A stretch of DNA of 64,000 bases. It comes from Histomonas meleagridis 2922-C6/04-290x (taxonomy: Eukaryota > Protista > Parabasalia). The notes beneath the pieces are model-generated. The model was not told where the DNA came from and did not search any database. It was given only the letters and a program-made list of their open reading frames with translations. Below are positions 1-10,958 of the stretch, in pieces (positions within the stretch are counted from its first letter, which is position 1; every line of letters begins with the position of its first letter). The DNA lies in NCBI GenBank assembly GCA_020184695.1, contig JAANOX010000280.1:496001-560000 (forward strand), in the 5' to 3' direction. Made by a program: the position numbers and the translations under genes.

Positions 1-611
1 ATTTTGAATAAAAACACACAAATAAAATATACTCTTATTGTTGCGCTGTTTGTTCTTGATATTATCACTCAGATCTCTATTAAAAGTGAATTAAATCCTT
101 TCATATTAACAGCATCCATAGCTTTTGTTCTGTCTCTACAAATTCACTTTTCCAAATGATAAAAGAGAGATTTTAACAGATCTTATTTTTTTCTTCCGTT
201 GCAACGGCCTTTTGTCGAAAATTTCAAAAGATCACAACAATAACCGCTGACAGAAAAACACTGAACGTCCATTATTGTCGGTTTGACACAAATTTTGAGA
301 ATTCAATAAGAACGTTAATATCTTTCATACGATAATTTTTTCTTGGTATCAACCGTTGGGCTATTTGAAAAACATTCACAAAATTGTTAGCATTGAATAT
401 CAAGTAAAACCGTGTAAATTCTATGCTTTACAAAATGCGGTTCTGCAAACAATGCAATTTACAAATGGTTTGGACAAATCCAAAACATTTCAAGAAAAAT
501 AAATATTCGAAAGACATCTACAATTTACTCAACAATCCAAACAATCCAAAGGTATTTACTACCTTTTCTATTATTACATCATCATTTGGACGTGGAAATC
601 AGCGTCTATAA
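1..611 (+). pseudogene. Probable degenerate gene relic (unidentified)
   Basis: Protein-like segments in successive + frames (YTLIVALFVLDIITQISIK; REILTDLIFSSVATAFCRKFQKITTITADRKTLNVHYCRFD) broken by stops and a frame change; family not recognised. Confidence 0.25.
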
Positions 612-623
612 AAAACGTTGTAA

Positions 624-1649
624 TTATGCAAACGTGTGTTGCATTTTGGACTTTAGTCTGTTCTGTTGGTTATTTAATACACAAGCTTTTGTTCCTCGTC
701 GATTCGATATAATTCGATTGTATGAAAACGACGCAGGAACGTGAGAAGGCTTCTTTATCTGTGGCGCTTGAGACACACCACCGGATGCAGGGCTCATAGA
801 AGTGAAATTATGTTTCTGGATTTTGTCAAACAATGGCGAATTAACAAGATTCTGTAGTGGCTCTCTCTTTGCTGGATTTACAACAACCATTGAACGTATT
901 AAATTACAGAAATCGCGATCTGCGTGAGTTGGGAATGTAAGCATCCCTAAACTGATGGCCATATCCATGTCTTCCTCAGTACATTCGCCCCACGGAAGAT
1001 AACCAAATGCGATCGCATAAAAGGTTGTCCCAAGAGACCAAATATCTGCAAGAAATGGATCAACATTTTTTCGAAGAATGACTTCTGGAGCCATGTGCTG
1101 ACGAGAGCCGCTAAAGCTGTTGATAAGTTCACCTTTCTTGAGCATTTTGCTGAGTCCAAAGTCGGCAAGTTTGATTCTCCCATAGTTATCTAAAAGAATA
1201 TTGGACGGCTTTATGTCTCGGTGAGCTATGTTTTGTTCATGGCAATGTAAGAGAGCGTTTAAAATTTGATAACAATATGAATATAATAATGGGGGTTTAA
1301 TCGGGCCTTTCCTCTCAATTAAGTCTTTAAGGGACCCGCCGCGGCAATATTCTAAAACAATGTATAAAAATGAAAGGGTACGATCAAAAAAGAATTCATA
1401 CATTGAAATTATGTTTGGATGACATAATCTAATAAGTGCTGTTGCTTCATTTTCTGCATAGCCATCATAGTTTCCTTTATGGATTTGGATTCTTTTGATG
1501 CAGAAATCTTGATTATATTGAGAAGAACGTACGATAAAAACGCTTCCGCATCCTCCCTTCCCTAAGAACTTCGCATTGTAGTAACTGTGTTCAGGAAAAA
1601 GCTCTTCAGTTTCTTTTATGTCGAGTTGTGGGGAAGGATCAAAAATCAT
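624..1649 (-). CDS. Ser/Thr protein kinase, CAMK-like
   Basis: GKGGCG loop, FCIKRI (catalytic Lys), HRDIKPSN, DFG and MAPE motifs all intact; 341 aa. Confidence 0.95.
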   Translation of the reverse strand: MIFDPSPQLDIKETEELFPEHSYYNAKFLGKGGCGSVFIVRSSQYNQDFCIKRIQIHKGNYDGYAENEATALIRLCHPNIISMYEFFFDRTLSFLYIVLEYCRGGSLKDLIERKGPIKPPLLYSYCYQILNALLHCHEQNIAHRDIKPSNILLDNYGRIKLADFGLSKMLKKGELINSFSGSRQHMAPEVILRKNVDPFLADIWSLGTTFYAIAFGYLPWGECTEEDMDMAISLGMLTFPTHADRDFCNLIRSMVVVNPAKREPLQNLVNSPLFDKIQKHNFTSMSPASGGVSQAPQIKKPSHVPASFSYNRIISNRRGTKACVLNNQQNRLKSKMQHTFA

Positions 1650-2697
1650 ATGACAGGGTCAACTTTTTTTAGGATTTCAATAGCTCTTTCAAACATATAG
1701 AAATAATGATTAAATTTTCCGGTCTGTCTATTGAAAACGGAATTTGTTGTAAAATTATAACATTTTGAGAAACAGAACGTTTTTTCTTAGTTTTCTGTGA
1801 AAAAGTTTGAACAATAAATTAAACAACAATAATGTCGTAAACTGATAACATGTCAATAGAAGAAATACAATCAATTTTTTCACAAATTATTTTTACTATA
1901 CATTAAATTTTTAATTTCTAGTTAATAAACTTAGTTGATCTTTTTTATTATTTTCGTAAATATTATTATTGATATATGGAATAATTCATGATGAAGATAT
2001 CAGTAAACTTCAGAGAATTCGTGGTTTGCTCCTATGATAATATCATATCTCTAATATTACTTATTGTAGTGCTTCTGGATTTTCGTGTTTTTTGAAGAGA
2101 ACATATTTACAACGATATCGCAGAAAGATGAGATCATTTTGCAATTTTTCAGATGATTTTATGACAATCGAAACAAGGCATCTACAATTGAAAATTGAAT
2201 GGAGGACATATTTTGACGGTTCGTTTACAACACTGTGTCAAACGGTCGCCCAAAACTTTCAATTTTTGGAGAAGTGTACTTTCGTGGCAAAACAATAAAT
2301 TTGGTTCAAAAAGTGATTTTCCTTTCAAAATCCGAACAAATTCCACATGACGATGACGCTTTTTCTGGTAAACGATATTCATTGAAATCTTCGCCAACAG
2401 CGTCGATTGTGAGTTCATCATCCTATCCCAAGCAAGATTGTTATTCATCGAATATTTGTCCTCTACTGAATCAAAGTATGTCACCTAAGTTCTATCTTTA
2501 GTCTAAAATTTGCAAAGAATCAATTTATCAAATCAAATAAAAAATACTTCCAGTTAAAAATAATCAAATAATCCTAATATGTAACTCTGCAATAAAAGTG
2601 AAACAACACGAAAAAAATTATACATTATATATTTTTTATATCAATCGATCAAGTCAATATTTTTGTTTCATAATTAACAAACAGCAAATTTCTTTTG

Positions 2698-4341
2698 TTA
2701 ATCTGTTTTGACTTTATTATTATTATCGTTATCGTTCTTTTCATTCTTTTCCTCTTTTTCTTCCTTTTCTTGCGGATTCTTCTCCAACAGCCCGTACTCG
2801 TTTGGCCTCGTTGGGTCCACTGGATATATGCAGCACTGTATTACCCAAACAACGAACACAACGTCATCTCTAAAGCATGCGATCTTGTACATAAGAGGCA
2901 TCTTAGAGACAAATGTGTACAGATCGTCAATGAATGTCGATATGAACTTATAAACAAGCGCCGATTTGCTCATTCCGGCAACTGTTTTGAGTTTATAGTT
3001 GACATAGAGCTGCGGTAACATCATTAAAAACCCAAACGAATAGACTGCGCCTGAGGCACAATGTATTATATATGTACGAAAACTTCTAAACTTTCCATGT
3101 CGTAATTGATATATTGAATATCCAATGACTAATGGTGTAAGAAGAATGTAAAGAATACGCATACCAGCTGAATCAGCTTCATTGGTTTCGCCGCGATATT
3201 CTCTTCGGACTTTGAAAAATGGAAAACGTCGTGATAATTTTGCAAGACGGAAAATCTTCCATACTTGCATAATGAGATTAGCAAAGTCAATGGCTTTGAT
3301 GTAAAGCGGTATTCTGTTGCTCTCGAGGAGGTTAAGGAAGAGAATAAGTTGACCAATAAATTGAATAACAATGGTCGATAAAGATACTCCTCTAAGAGAT
3401 TCCTTACGTTGCCAAAACTCAAGGTCTCGCTCAAAAGCAAGAACTTGGAATATAAATTTGAGAAATGAGGCAATTCCAGTTGTCCATAAAAGAGCTGGAT
3501 TTGTTTCAATAAAGATACGTTTCATTTCATCAAACTGATCTTTGATAAATTCATTCATTGACTCAATAAAGGTTACATATTCTTTGATATACCAAACAAA
3601 TCTCCCTCTAAGGTTAAGTTGAACGTTAATTGGAAAGTCGGAGGACGTTAAATTTAAACGTCTTCTTTCTGTTGGGATATCAAAAAATGTGTCTGGTTTG
3701 AAGGCTGGTGAAAAGGTATGTCTTGCACGATTAAAACGTACGTGTGGTGCAATCATCGGCATCATCGCTTGTGTGTTATAATCTTCAGTTTCAACAACAA
3801 GATCAAAACGAGAAGTTCTAAAAATGAATGGAACTGGCTTTGGAATTGGAGTGGGTGTGGATGACTCAAGGAGTTTGTGACGCGTGTCTGGTTTTGGAAT
3901 GTACCAATGAATTACTTTTGAATTGGTACGGAGCTGGATACATTTTTGTGGTTCACAATTGTTTTGTTTTGCTGTAAAAATAAGATATACATCAGACGTG
4001 TTTTGCGAAATATCTTCAGTTATAGGGATCCGAAATGTCTGATTTAAAAAATATTTCTTTTTTCGGTAAAAGACTTCTTTTTGAGACCAAATTGGATCAC
4101 CTATTGAACGTACAGTTCCTGTTTTATTTTTATCAATTCCAATATAAAGAGCCATTGATAAAGACTCATTGAATTTGAGAATGTTTTTACAGTCATATCT
4201 TTTATCACGCATTAGCCACGTCAACTCAGGTCCTATTACAAATGAAAACAAAATGGTTCCAAAGAAAAATAAAAAGATATTCCGACTTCTGAAGATCCTG
4301 AAGATCATCATCTTGCAAGATGACCGTTTATAAATGGACAT
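2698..4341 (-). CDS. CLPTM1: CLPTM1-family multi-pass membrane protein (lipid scramblase-like)
   Basis: QFDEMKRIFIETNPALL, LAFERDLEFW, FGFLMMLPQLYVNYKLKTVAGM, YKFISTFIDDLY, ACFRDDVVFVVWVIQCCIYPVDPTRPNEYG match the CLPTM1 C-terminal signature. Confidence 0.9.
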   Translation of the reverse strand: MSIYKRSSCKMMIFRIFRSRNIFLFFFGTILFSFVIGPELTWLMRDKRYDCKNILKFNESLSMALYIGIDKNKTGTVRSIGDPIWSQKEVFYRKKKYFLNQTFRIPITEDISQNTSDVYLIFTAKQNNCEPQKCIQLRTNSKVIHWYIPKPDTRHKLLESSTPTPIPKPVPFIFRTSRFDLVVETEDYNTQAMMPMIAPHVRFNRARHTFSPAFKPDTFFDIPTERRRLNLTSSDFPINVQLNLRGRFVWYIKEYVTFIESMNEFIKDQFDEMKRIFIETNPALLWTTGIASFLKFIFQVLAFERDLEFWQRKESLRGVSLSTIVIQFIGQLILFLNLLESNRIPLYIKAIDFANLIMQVWKIFRLAKLSRRFPFFKVRREYRGETNEADSAGMRILYILLTPLVIGYSIYQLRHGKFRSFRTYIIHCASGAVYSFGFLMMLPQLYVNYKLKTVAGMSKSALVYKFISTFIDDLYTFVSKMPLMYKIACFRDDVVFVVWVIQCCIYPVDPTRPNEYGLLEKNPQEKEEKEEKNEKNDNDNNNKVKTD

Positions 4342-4670
4342 GAGAACATTCTATCTCCATTATCATGCATTCTTATGTCTTTATTTAGCTTTATCCTTTG
4401 ACGAAGTGGTGTTGAAAGATTGATTTGTACTTTTGATGTTTTTTTCATTATAATTAGAAATTAGAAAATTCGGTAAAATTGTCCAACTAGAAGAGAGTTA
4501 AAGCTCGAAAACATGTCTGAGGAAGAACTTGAATTGAATTATGTATGAAAAAAGAAATTTTTTTGAAATTGCAATTATCAAAAAAAGTAAAAAGTCTGGA
4601 AAACTCGCTTAGAAGCTTTAAATGGGTTTGTTGAAGAAGAAAATTAAGTTCTCAAGATGTTGTTGTTTAT

Positions 4671-5045
4671 TTAGCAGTTTGCAGCCATTAATTTAGCAAC
4701 GCACTTGGAAACTCCGGCAGCAGCGTTAGCTGGGACTTGACCATCAACGCACTTGGCAGCAACGAGAACGGTCTTAGCCTTTTGGAGAACAAGAGCTTCC
4801 TTTCCGAGTTGAGCGAGGATTGAATCATCGACAGCACGAACAACGATGTACTTCTTGCCATTGTATGTGATTCCCTTTGATTGAGCAGAAGCGATGTTGT
4901 TGAGGCAAGCAGCATAGTTTTGCATTTCGGCTTGTTTGGCTTCCCACTTGCCTTCTTTGCCACAGAGAGCACCTTGGAGGGAGATGATGGCGCAGCCAGC
5001 TGCGATATCCTTGACATCAGCAAGATAAGCGTTCCAACCAGACAT
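4671..5045 (-). CDS. Profilin
   Basis: MSGWNAYL start, GITYNGKKYIVVRA motif, 124 aa, biased codon use; true ATG placed at 5045 just below an initiator rather than at the ORF-track start 5087. Confidence 0.92.
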   Translation of the reverse strand: MSGWNAYLADVKDIAAGCAIISLQGALCGKEGKWEAKQAEMQNYAACLNNIASAQSKGITYNGKKYIVVRAVDDSILAQLGKEALVLQKAKTVLVAAKCVDGQVPANAAAGVSKCVAKLMAANC

Positions 5046-5056
5046 GATTAAATGTG

Positions 5057-5062
5057 AAGTGA
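5057..5062 (-). promoter_or_regulatory. Trichomonad initiator (Inr) element of profilin
   Basis: TCACTT on the - strand about 12 nt upstream of the ATG, matching the known TCA(T/C)T(T/A) Inr consensus. Confidence 0.6.
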
Positions 5063-5950
5063 AAAGCGACTGGTTTTGCCTACTCAAATTTCAAATAATT
5101 ATATTGTCTCTTTTTCTGTCCATTTTGGAGTTATTTTACTTTTTCAATGTGGATGTTAGGTGACCACTCATAGCAACCGAATGTCATTTCACCTTTCAAC
5201 TGATCAACAAATCATAAAAATCAAATGCTATACAGTTAATTTTATGAACTGTAAAAGAAAAAAGCTTTCTACAATCGAAGGAAAAAGCAAATTCATTTAT
5301 AAATGGTTTTTTCCAGAAAACAAAATTTCATATTTATTTATTTTAAGTAAACTAGTACTTTCAGCCTGAGGTAATCAAGTTTATGATCGGAAAAAAAGCG
5401 TTTTTATGTGCAACGCTAGCAAATTTTTTTTTCTCCAATGTAATATTATTAATTATTTCAAATTTCAGATATTTTTCATATTTTGGTTATTGTTTCCCTC
5501 AAAGTGTTTACGTTACTCTTCAAAATCATGTAACAATTAATGAAATTAAAATTCTAATTAATTCAAGGATAATCCATCAAACAATCATCCATATTTTGAA
5601 GTAATGGTTTAACGAGCATTTCTTATGGTACGAAAAGTTTTCTAAACATTTAAATTAGACATTAAAATTTGTATATTTTCTCGATAGCATGTTCTGGTTT
5701 GACCAAAAGCCTTTAATCTTCTGTTATATTAATGATATATATGGATTATGATAGATAACTCAAAGAAGTGTTCTCAATGATTTCCAATAATATTATTTTG
5801 AGGAAATTAATAAAATGAATAATAAATAAAACAAATATAGACCTTATTCTTTGATATCTATTCCTTCTTGTTCAAGAATTCTGTAAACTATTTCTGTGTG
5901 ACCATATTTGTCTTCAGTGTCGATCTGCTTTTTATTAAGTGTGTTCGAAA

Positions 5951-7312
5951 ATGGAACCACTTTTTAAACTTATTCAAGATGACTCAATAGTCAGCTATCT
6001 TAAAGAAGCTATTGAATACTCAGAAAATGTTGAGGATTTTATCCAAATCGCCAGTCCTTTCCTTATAGATATTGAAGAAATTGGTAGTTCAGAAGAAGCT
6101 CAAAGGTTCGCATCAAATTTATTCCAAACTCTCCGTACTGAACCAAAAGTCTCTACACATGAAGATAAACTCGAAACAAAAATTTTTATTCTTTCTGATA
6201 ACATTTCAACAAAAACTCCCGCTTCAGCACATCAAGAAAAAGAAGTTCCTATATCAAATACATTTACGAAGAAATGTAAGAAAGAAAAAAAGCAAAAGAA
6301 ACTCAAACGTTATCCAGTTGCTTTATTTGAAGAATCAGTCAATCAATATTATTTTTCATTTATTCAAGAAATGCCTCATCTATTCGACAAGCCAAGTTTT
6401 GTTTTTTCTCCATATTCTTTTAGTCACACCCTTCAACTTGTTGCCATGCTTGCTCCACAAGACATCCGCGAAGAAACATTTCTTTATCTCAAGTACATCG
6501 GCAAACATCCATCGACTCAACTCAATGATGAAATCTTTACCTCCGCTGATTCCCTCTGGTACAATTCTACCATAAATTTTCCCGAAAGATTTATCGACAT
6601 TATTGAAGAGTATGGTTCAATTCACCCATTTACTATTCCAGGATCTATGGATGAGATCAATGGATACATTAAAGAGAAGACGCATGGATCAATTCCTGCA
6701 ATTCTTCATGATGAACTTGATCCAGACACATCATTACTTGCAATTAATGCTTCTTATTTCGAAGGCGAATGGGAAAAACCATTCGAAAGTATGAACAAAA
6801 CTGTAGTGTTCCATGGTAAAACTCGAGATTCAACGCCGCCAATGATGAGAATAAACTCAACTTCGGGAATTCAAGCTTCAAGTGATGAAAAATCTGTTTT
6901 TATTCCATTTAAAAATGGTTATGCTATGTTTGTTTGTATGACTGATTTTCCTTTGTTTAATTCACGTTCGTTTTGTGTAGCTGTTGATAGTTTGCATTCG
7001 GGTAAAGTAAGACTGGAAATGCCAAAATTTTCGGTCAATTCTTTTTACAAATTTGATAATGAGTTGAATAATTTGAGAATTAAAAATGAGATTTGTTTGC
7101 CTGGAAATTCATATTTAAACGAAGTTTTGCAATGCGCGAAAATTGATGTGAATGAAAAAGGTGCAGTGGCTGCAGCTGGAACTGTGTGTATCGCATTCCC
7201 AAAAGCAAAACAAAAAATTTATAATGTGGTCGTCGATAAGCCTTTTCATTTCTTTATTATTCATGAAGATTCAAAAATGATTTTGTTCGCTGGTCAAGTA
7301 AATGATTTATAA
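5951..7312 (+). CDS. Serpin with an extra N-terminal helical domain
   Basis: FVFSPYS, LLAINASYFEGEWEKPF, LEMPKFSV, hinge NEKGAVAAAGT and VDKPFHFFII...ILFAGQV serpin signature; first ATG is 5951 (the track starts at GTG 5939). Confidence 0.9.
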   Translation: MEPLFKLIQDDSIVSYLKEAIEYSENVEDFIQIASPFLIDIEEIGSSEEAQRFASNLFQTLRTEPKVSTHEDKLETKIFILSDNISTKTPASAHQEKEVPISNTFTKKCKKEKKQKKLKRYPVALFEESVNQYYFSFIQEMPHLFDKPSFVFSPYSFSHTLQLVAMLAPQDIREETFLYLKYIGKHPSTQLNDEIFTSADSLWYNSTINFPERFIDIIEEYGSIHPFTIPGSMDEINGYIKEKTHGSIPAILHDELDPDTSLLAINASYFEGEWEKPFESMNKTVVFHGKTRDSTPPMMRINSTSGIQASSDEKSVFIPFKNGYAMFVCMTDFPLFNSRSFCVAVDSLHSGKVRLEMPKFSVNSFYKFDNELNNLRIKNEICLPGNSYLNEVLQCAKIDVNEKGAVAAAGTVCIAFPKAKQKIYNVVVDKPFHFFIIHEDSKMILFAGQVNDL

Positions 7313-8217
7313 ACATTTTTATTCATATCATTTTATTTAATTTGACATAAATTCGGCAAGTTTAACTATATAATTTTTATTTATTAAAAGAATAGATTTT
7401 ATAAAGCGGTGATTTCATTGTTTGGTTTATCTCAAAATCATTTCGGAAATATTTCAAGAAGTGATCATAAATCTTCTTCTTATGTAATTTTGTAATTCTG
7501 AATAGATTAACATTTTCATTTAGGTTTTGTAAATAAAGTTATCTTATAAAAGATTCACGTACTATATACAATTCCAAAAAATTGTGATTTTACTTTTTTG
7601 TTTTCCACTTTACAAATGTATTTAATTTTTTGTATTTTTTATTAAATTTTAAAAAGGAAAAATGATTTTTATGTTTATTATTTACAAGATATTTGAAAAA
7701 AATTAGCTAATTCTTCACTTTTATTTTTTTAGGCATTAATCCATAAAATGTATATAACACATAATGATCACTGTTCACGTTAGGTGTTTATTTTAGAAAT
7801 TATCATCAAATATATATAAAAACCTCATGAAATAAAAAACAAATAAAAATAAAATAATTAAAAATAATTTTAAATTTTCAATACAATATAATCACAGAAG
7901 ATATTAATAGCTTTAAAATTATATCAAATATATTTTCATAAATTCTGTTTTATATAGAAGCATACCCACAATTAAAATTCAGAAGAAATATTTCATTTTA
8001 ACTTTCTTGAATCCTCAAAATGAAGAATGCACAACTTATTTATTTTAAGTCAAATCCTTTCAGCTATTTATATAAGAAAAATAAAATTATTTAAAGAACT
8101 TTATCTAAAAATAAAAATTCTATATAATATACAATAAATTATTTATTACTACTATTATATTAAAAATAGTAAATCTTCCCTTATGTCATTACTTTTATTA
8201 AATTTAAAACAAAAGGA

Positions 8218-8739
8218 TTACCGTTGGTCAAAAAAATCAATTTGACCAAAAGGATGAAAATCATTGGTCATATTATACTGAGGTTCAGAAAGACCCGTAC
8301 TCATACCAGGCACAGAAACATTTTGCACTGGCTGAGTCTGTTGGTTTTGTTGAAAATAATTACTTGCTTTCATAAAGCTCAACAATGTTTCCAAATCGGA
8401 TTGGAGTATTTCATTGGAATGAGCTTGGTTTCTGTTTTGAATAGCCATTTCTTGTGCCAACCTTCTTTCTCTAGCTTTTTCATATTTATAATCAGGACAT
8501 TTCTGCTTGAAATCTGCCTGCAGAGCTTTAGCTTTTTCTTTGTAAGGCCTCCGCTCTGATTCATCAAGGGCTTTCCAATTATCTCCCAACATTCTAGAAA
8601 TTTGAACATTTGGAAGATCTGGGTGTAAACCCCGAAGTTCAGTTCTCTTTTCCAAGCAGTACAAAATATATCCATTTGGTGGACGTTTTTGTTTCTTTTG
8701 TTCTCCAAGAACTAGAGAAAGTTCGTCCTTGTATTCCAT
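8218..8739 (-). CDS. HMG-box protein (SOX/MATA-type single box) with Q/N-rich tail
   Basis: KRPPNGYILY...PNVQISRMLGDNWKAL...RPYKEKA...FKQKCPDYKY; start uncertain (ATG 8739 preferred, open frame extends to 8895). Confidence 0.88.
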   Translation of the reverse strand: MEYKDELSLVLGEQKKQKRPPNGYILYCLEKRTELRGLHPDLPNVQISRMLGDNWKALDESERRPYKEKAKALQADFKQKCPDYKYEKARERRLAQEMAIQNRNQAHSNEILQSDLETLLSFMKASNYFQQNQQTQPVQNVSVPGMSTGLSEPQYNMTNDFHPFGQIDFFDQR

Positions 8740-8937
8740 TCTTCTGTAGGATGACTTTATTGGCAGAAAATATTTCCACAGAAAATAGGGCTGACATGAT
8801 TTTAGAGGTTTTTCATTCCTATTGAATTTTTTTTTCGGTTTGATTCTGGCGCCAATAGAATGTTGTAACGGTTTCATAGAAAAGCGCTTGCTCAAAAAGC
8901 AAACGATAAATGTAGAGTACCGGGAAAACCCCTTTAA

Positions 8938-9238
8938 GGGTCCCTCTATGAAAAACTGGAGTAAATTTCACAAAAAGTAATAAAAGCATATGACGATCGT
9001 CATAATACATATATTGTGAATATTTTCTATGAGTCTATTCAATTTCTTGTGAGAAAGAGATTGAATCTTGTGAGAAGAGAATAATAAGATCACAGATTCC
9101 AAAGCTTTCTGTTCATTTATCAGATGGGAAATCGATTTAATAAAACAATCTTATCATGATAAAGTTGCAACAAATAAGAAAAAATTGTAAAATCTGCTTT
9201 TTACTAAGCCTCCCAGGGGTCCCTGACCTGAGGGACCC
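8938..9238. promoter_or_regulatory. Cluster of three GGGTCCCT octamers, two forming a perfect 8-bp hairpin
   Basis: GGGTCCCT at 8938-8945 and 9217-9224, and its reverse complement AGGGACCC at 9231-9238 (6-nt loop), in AT-rich intergenic DNA. Confidence 0.35.
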
Positions 9239-9863
9239 ATCTAGGTGCCCTGTTTTACTGTGGAACAAAAAAGATCATTTTATACAATTACAATTGAGTA
9301 TTTTATTAAATGCATACAATCAATTAATTACCTTTATTCTAAAAAATCAAAAATATTGTGTTTTTAATAATTTTTGTTTTTATTTCGAAAATGCAAAAAA
9401 TTGAACCAGGTACTTTTATTTGTAAAAAGCTTTGATTAAAATGGAAATTATACAAATAAGCTACAAAGGATTTTTCGCCAGTTTTGATGCTATATAGTTA
9501 TTCGATTCAAAGGGGTTTTTCCAGCTACTCTAGTTGTGAAAACATGAGAATTGTTTGTAAGTTTTAATTTTAAGATATATTAGAGATGTCTTAATATAAC
9601 AATAATTTTTATGTTTATCTTTCAAAACACTATGAAAATTTACTTATTTTTTCTAATGAGAATGAATCCAACATTTCTATCCGAAAAAGAAAAACATGTA
9701 AGGATAATCTAAAACAAAGCACAACATGATTCCTTCCAACGGTTCGATTGCATAAAAATTTCTTCTTTGCGAGCTTGACGATACCCATCGGATATTTACA
9801 AGCATTCAATTCGCGTGTCACTTTTTTATCAATTGAATCCAGAAGCTATTTTATTGCAATACA

Positions 9864-10958
9864 ATGGATAAAACAAAAGAAGTAGAATTCACAATTCTTC
9901 CACTTGTTACACCAAGTTACGGTCGTGAGTCATCCATTGATATTGAAAAAATACGCGAATATGCAGCCTGTTCTTTTGATGAGTATCCACCAGAAGATCG
10001 TGCTCTTGCATGGCTTGCTCTTCTTCACGTTTATCCAAACGATCCCACGAAATGGGTGTCCACATATCAAAATATAAAGAAAACATATTGGGATTTTGTT
10101 TCACTTCATAATCTTTCTAATTGGCATACTCTTAACATTCCTGGTCAAATCAATTACGAATCACTTCCAGTTGAATCCAAGAGCCTAATGGGTATTATAC
10201 ATGGCGACATAGTTCGTACCGGCAAATCGATATTTTGTTTCAAACCTTCACCAATTCCACTGAAAGAAGGCGAAAAAGTATCCCCAGCTGATGATGCCAT
10301 GTATCAATTTGCAGGTGATTCTCGACGTCTTGAGCGTATATTATATGTATTTTCATCACTTAATAAAGGCCTTGGTTATATGCAAGGTTACAACGAAATT
10401 CTTCCACCATTTTATTATGTCTTTAATTCCGCCATTAGTTTATTTAACAATGACATTGATTTAGTCGAAGCATTATCATTTGAATGTTTCCAAGTTCTTT
10501 TAACGCAAACTCGACTCAACGAATTCTACACCACAGCAGACAAGTCGTCTATCATCATGCACCGGCTTAGTGAATTCTCTGAGCTTGTCCAAAAAAATCT
10601 TCCTGAAGTTGCTCAGATCATAAAAGAGCTCGACATACATCCTGTGTTATATTGCTACCGATGGTTTAATCTTTTGTTCTCGCAAGAACATGACTTCTCT
10701 ACATTACTACTGATTTGGGACGACTTATTTGCGCACTTTGACGAGTTAATGGACTTTGTGTATTACGTCGGATTGGGGCATTTAAAGGAGCTGCTTGTGC
10801 AGAACAAAATACAAAGGAAAAATTACCAAAAGACTTTGCAGAACCTGCAAAACATGGAGGGATTAAATATCAAAAATATTTTGGTGTACGCAAATAAAAT
10901 GTGGGAGGCAAGCCATAAAATACCAACACTTGAAAGGTTTAGAAAACTTTTCTTTTAA
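9864..10958 (+). CDS. TBC-domain Rab GTPase-activating protein
   Basis: RALAWLALL, IIHGDIVRT (IxxDxxR), GLGYMQGYNEI (YxQG), YCYRWFNLLFSQEH..LLIWD. Confidence 0.93.
   Translation: MDKTKEVEFTILPLVTPSYGRESSIDIEKIREYAACSFDEYPPEDRALAWLALLHVYPNDPTKWVSTYQNIKKTYWDFVSLHNLSNWHTLNIPGQINYESLPVESKSLMGIIHGDIVRTGKSIFCFKPSPIPLKEGEKVSPADDAMYQFAGDSRRLERILYVFSSLNKGLGYMQGYNEILPPFYYVFNSAISLFNNDIDLVEALSFECFQVLLTQTRLNEFYTTADKSSIIMHRLSEFSELVQKNLPEVAQIIKELDIHPVLYCYRWFNLLFSQEHDFSTLLLIWDDLFAHFDELMDFVYYVGLGHLKELLVQNKIQRKNYQKTLQNLQNMEGLNIKNILVYANKMWEASHKIPTLERFRKLFF

Noticed and set aside
2199-2501. MEDIF-TGA-RFVYNTVSNGRPKL... possible TGA readthrough or selenocysteine ORF
   Set aside because: Short, no recognisable homology, no SECIS-like structure identified; all well-supported genes here fit the standard code.
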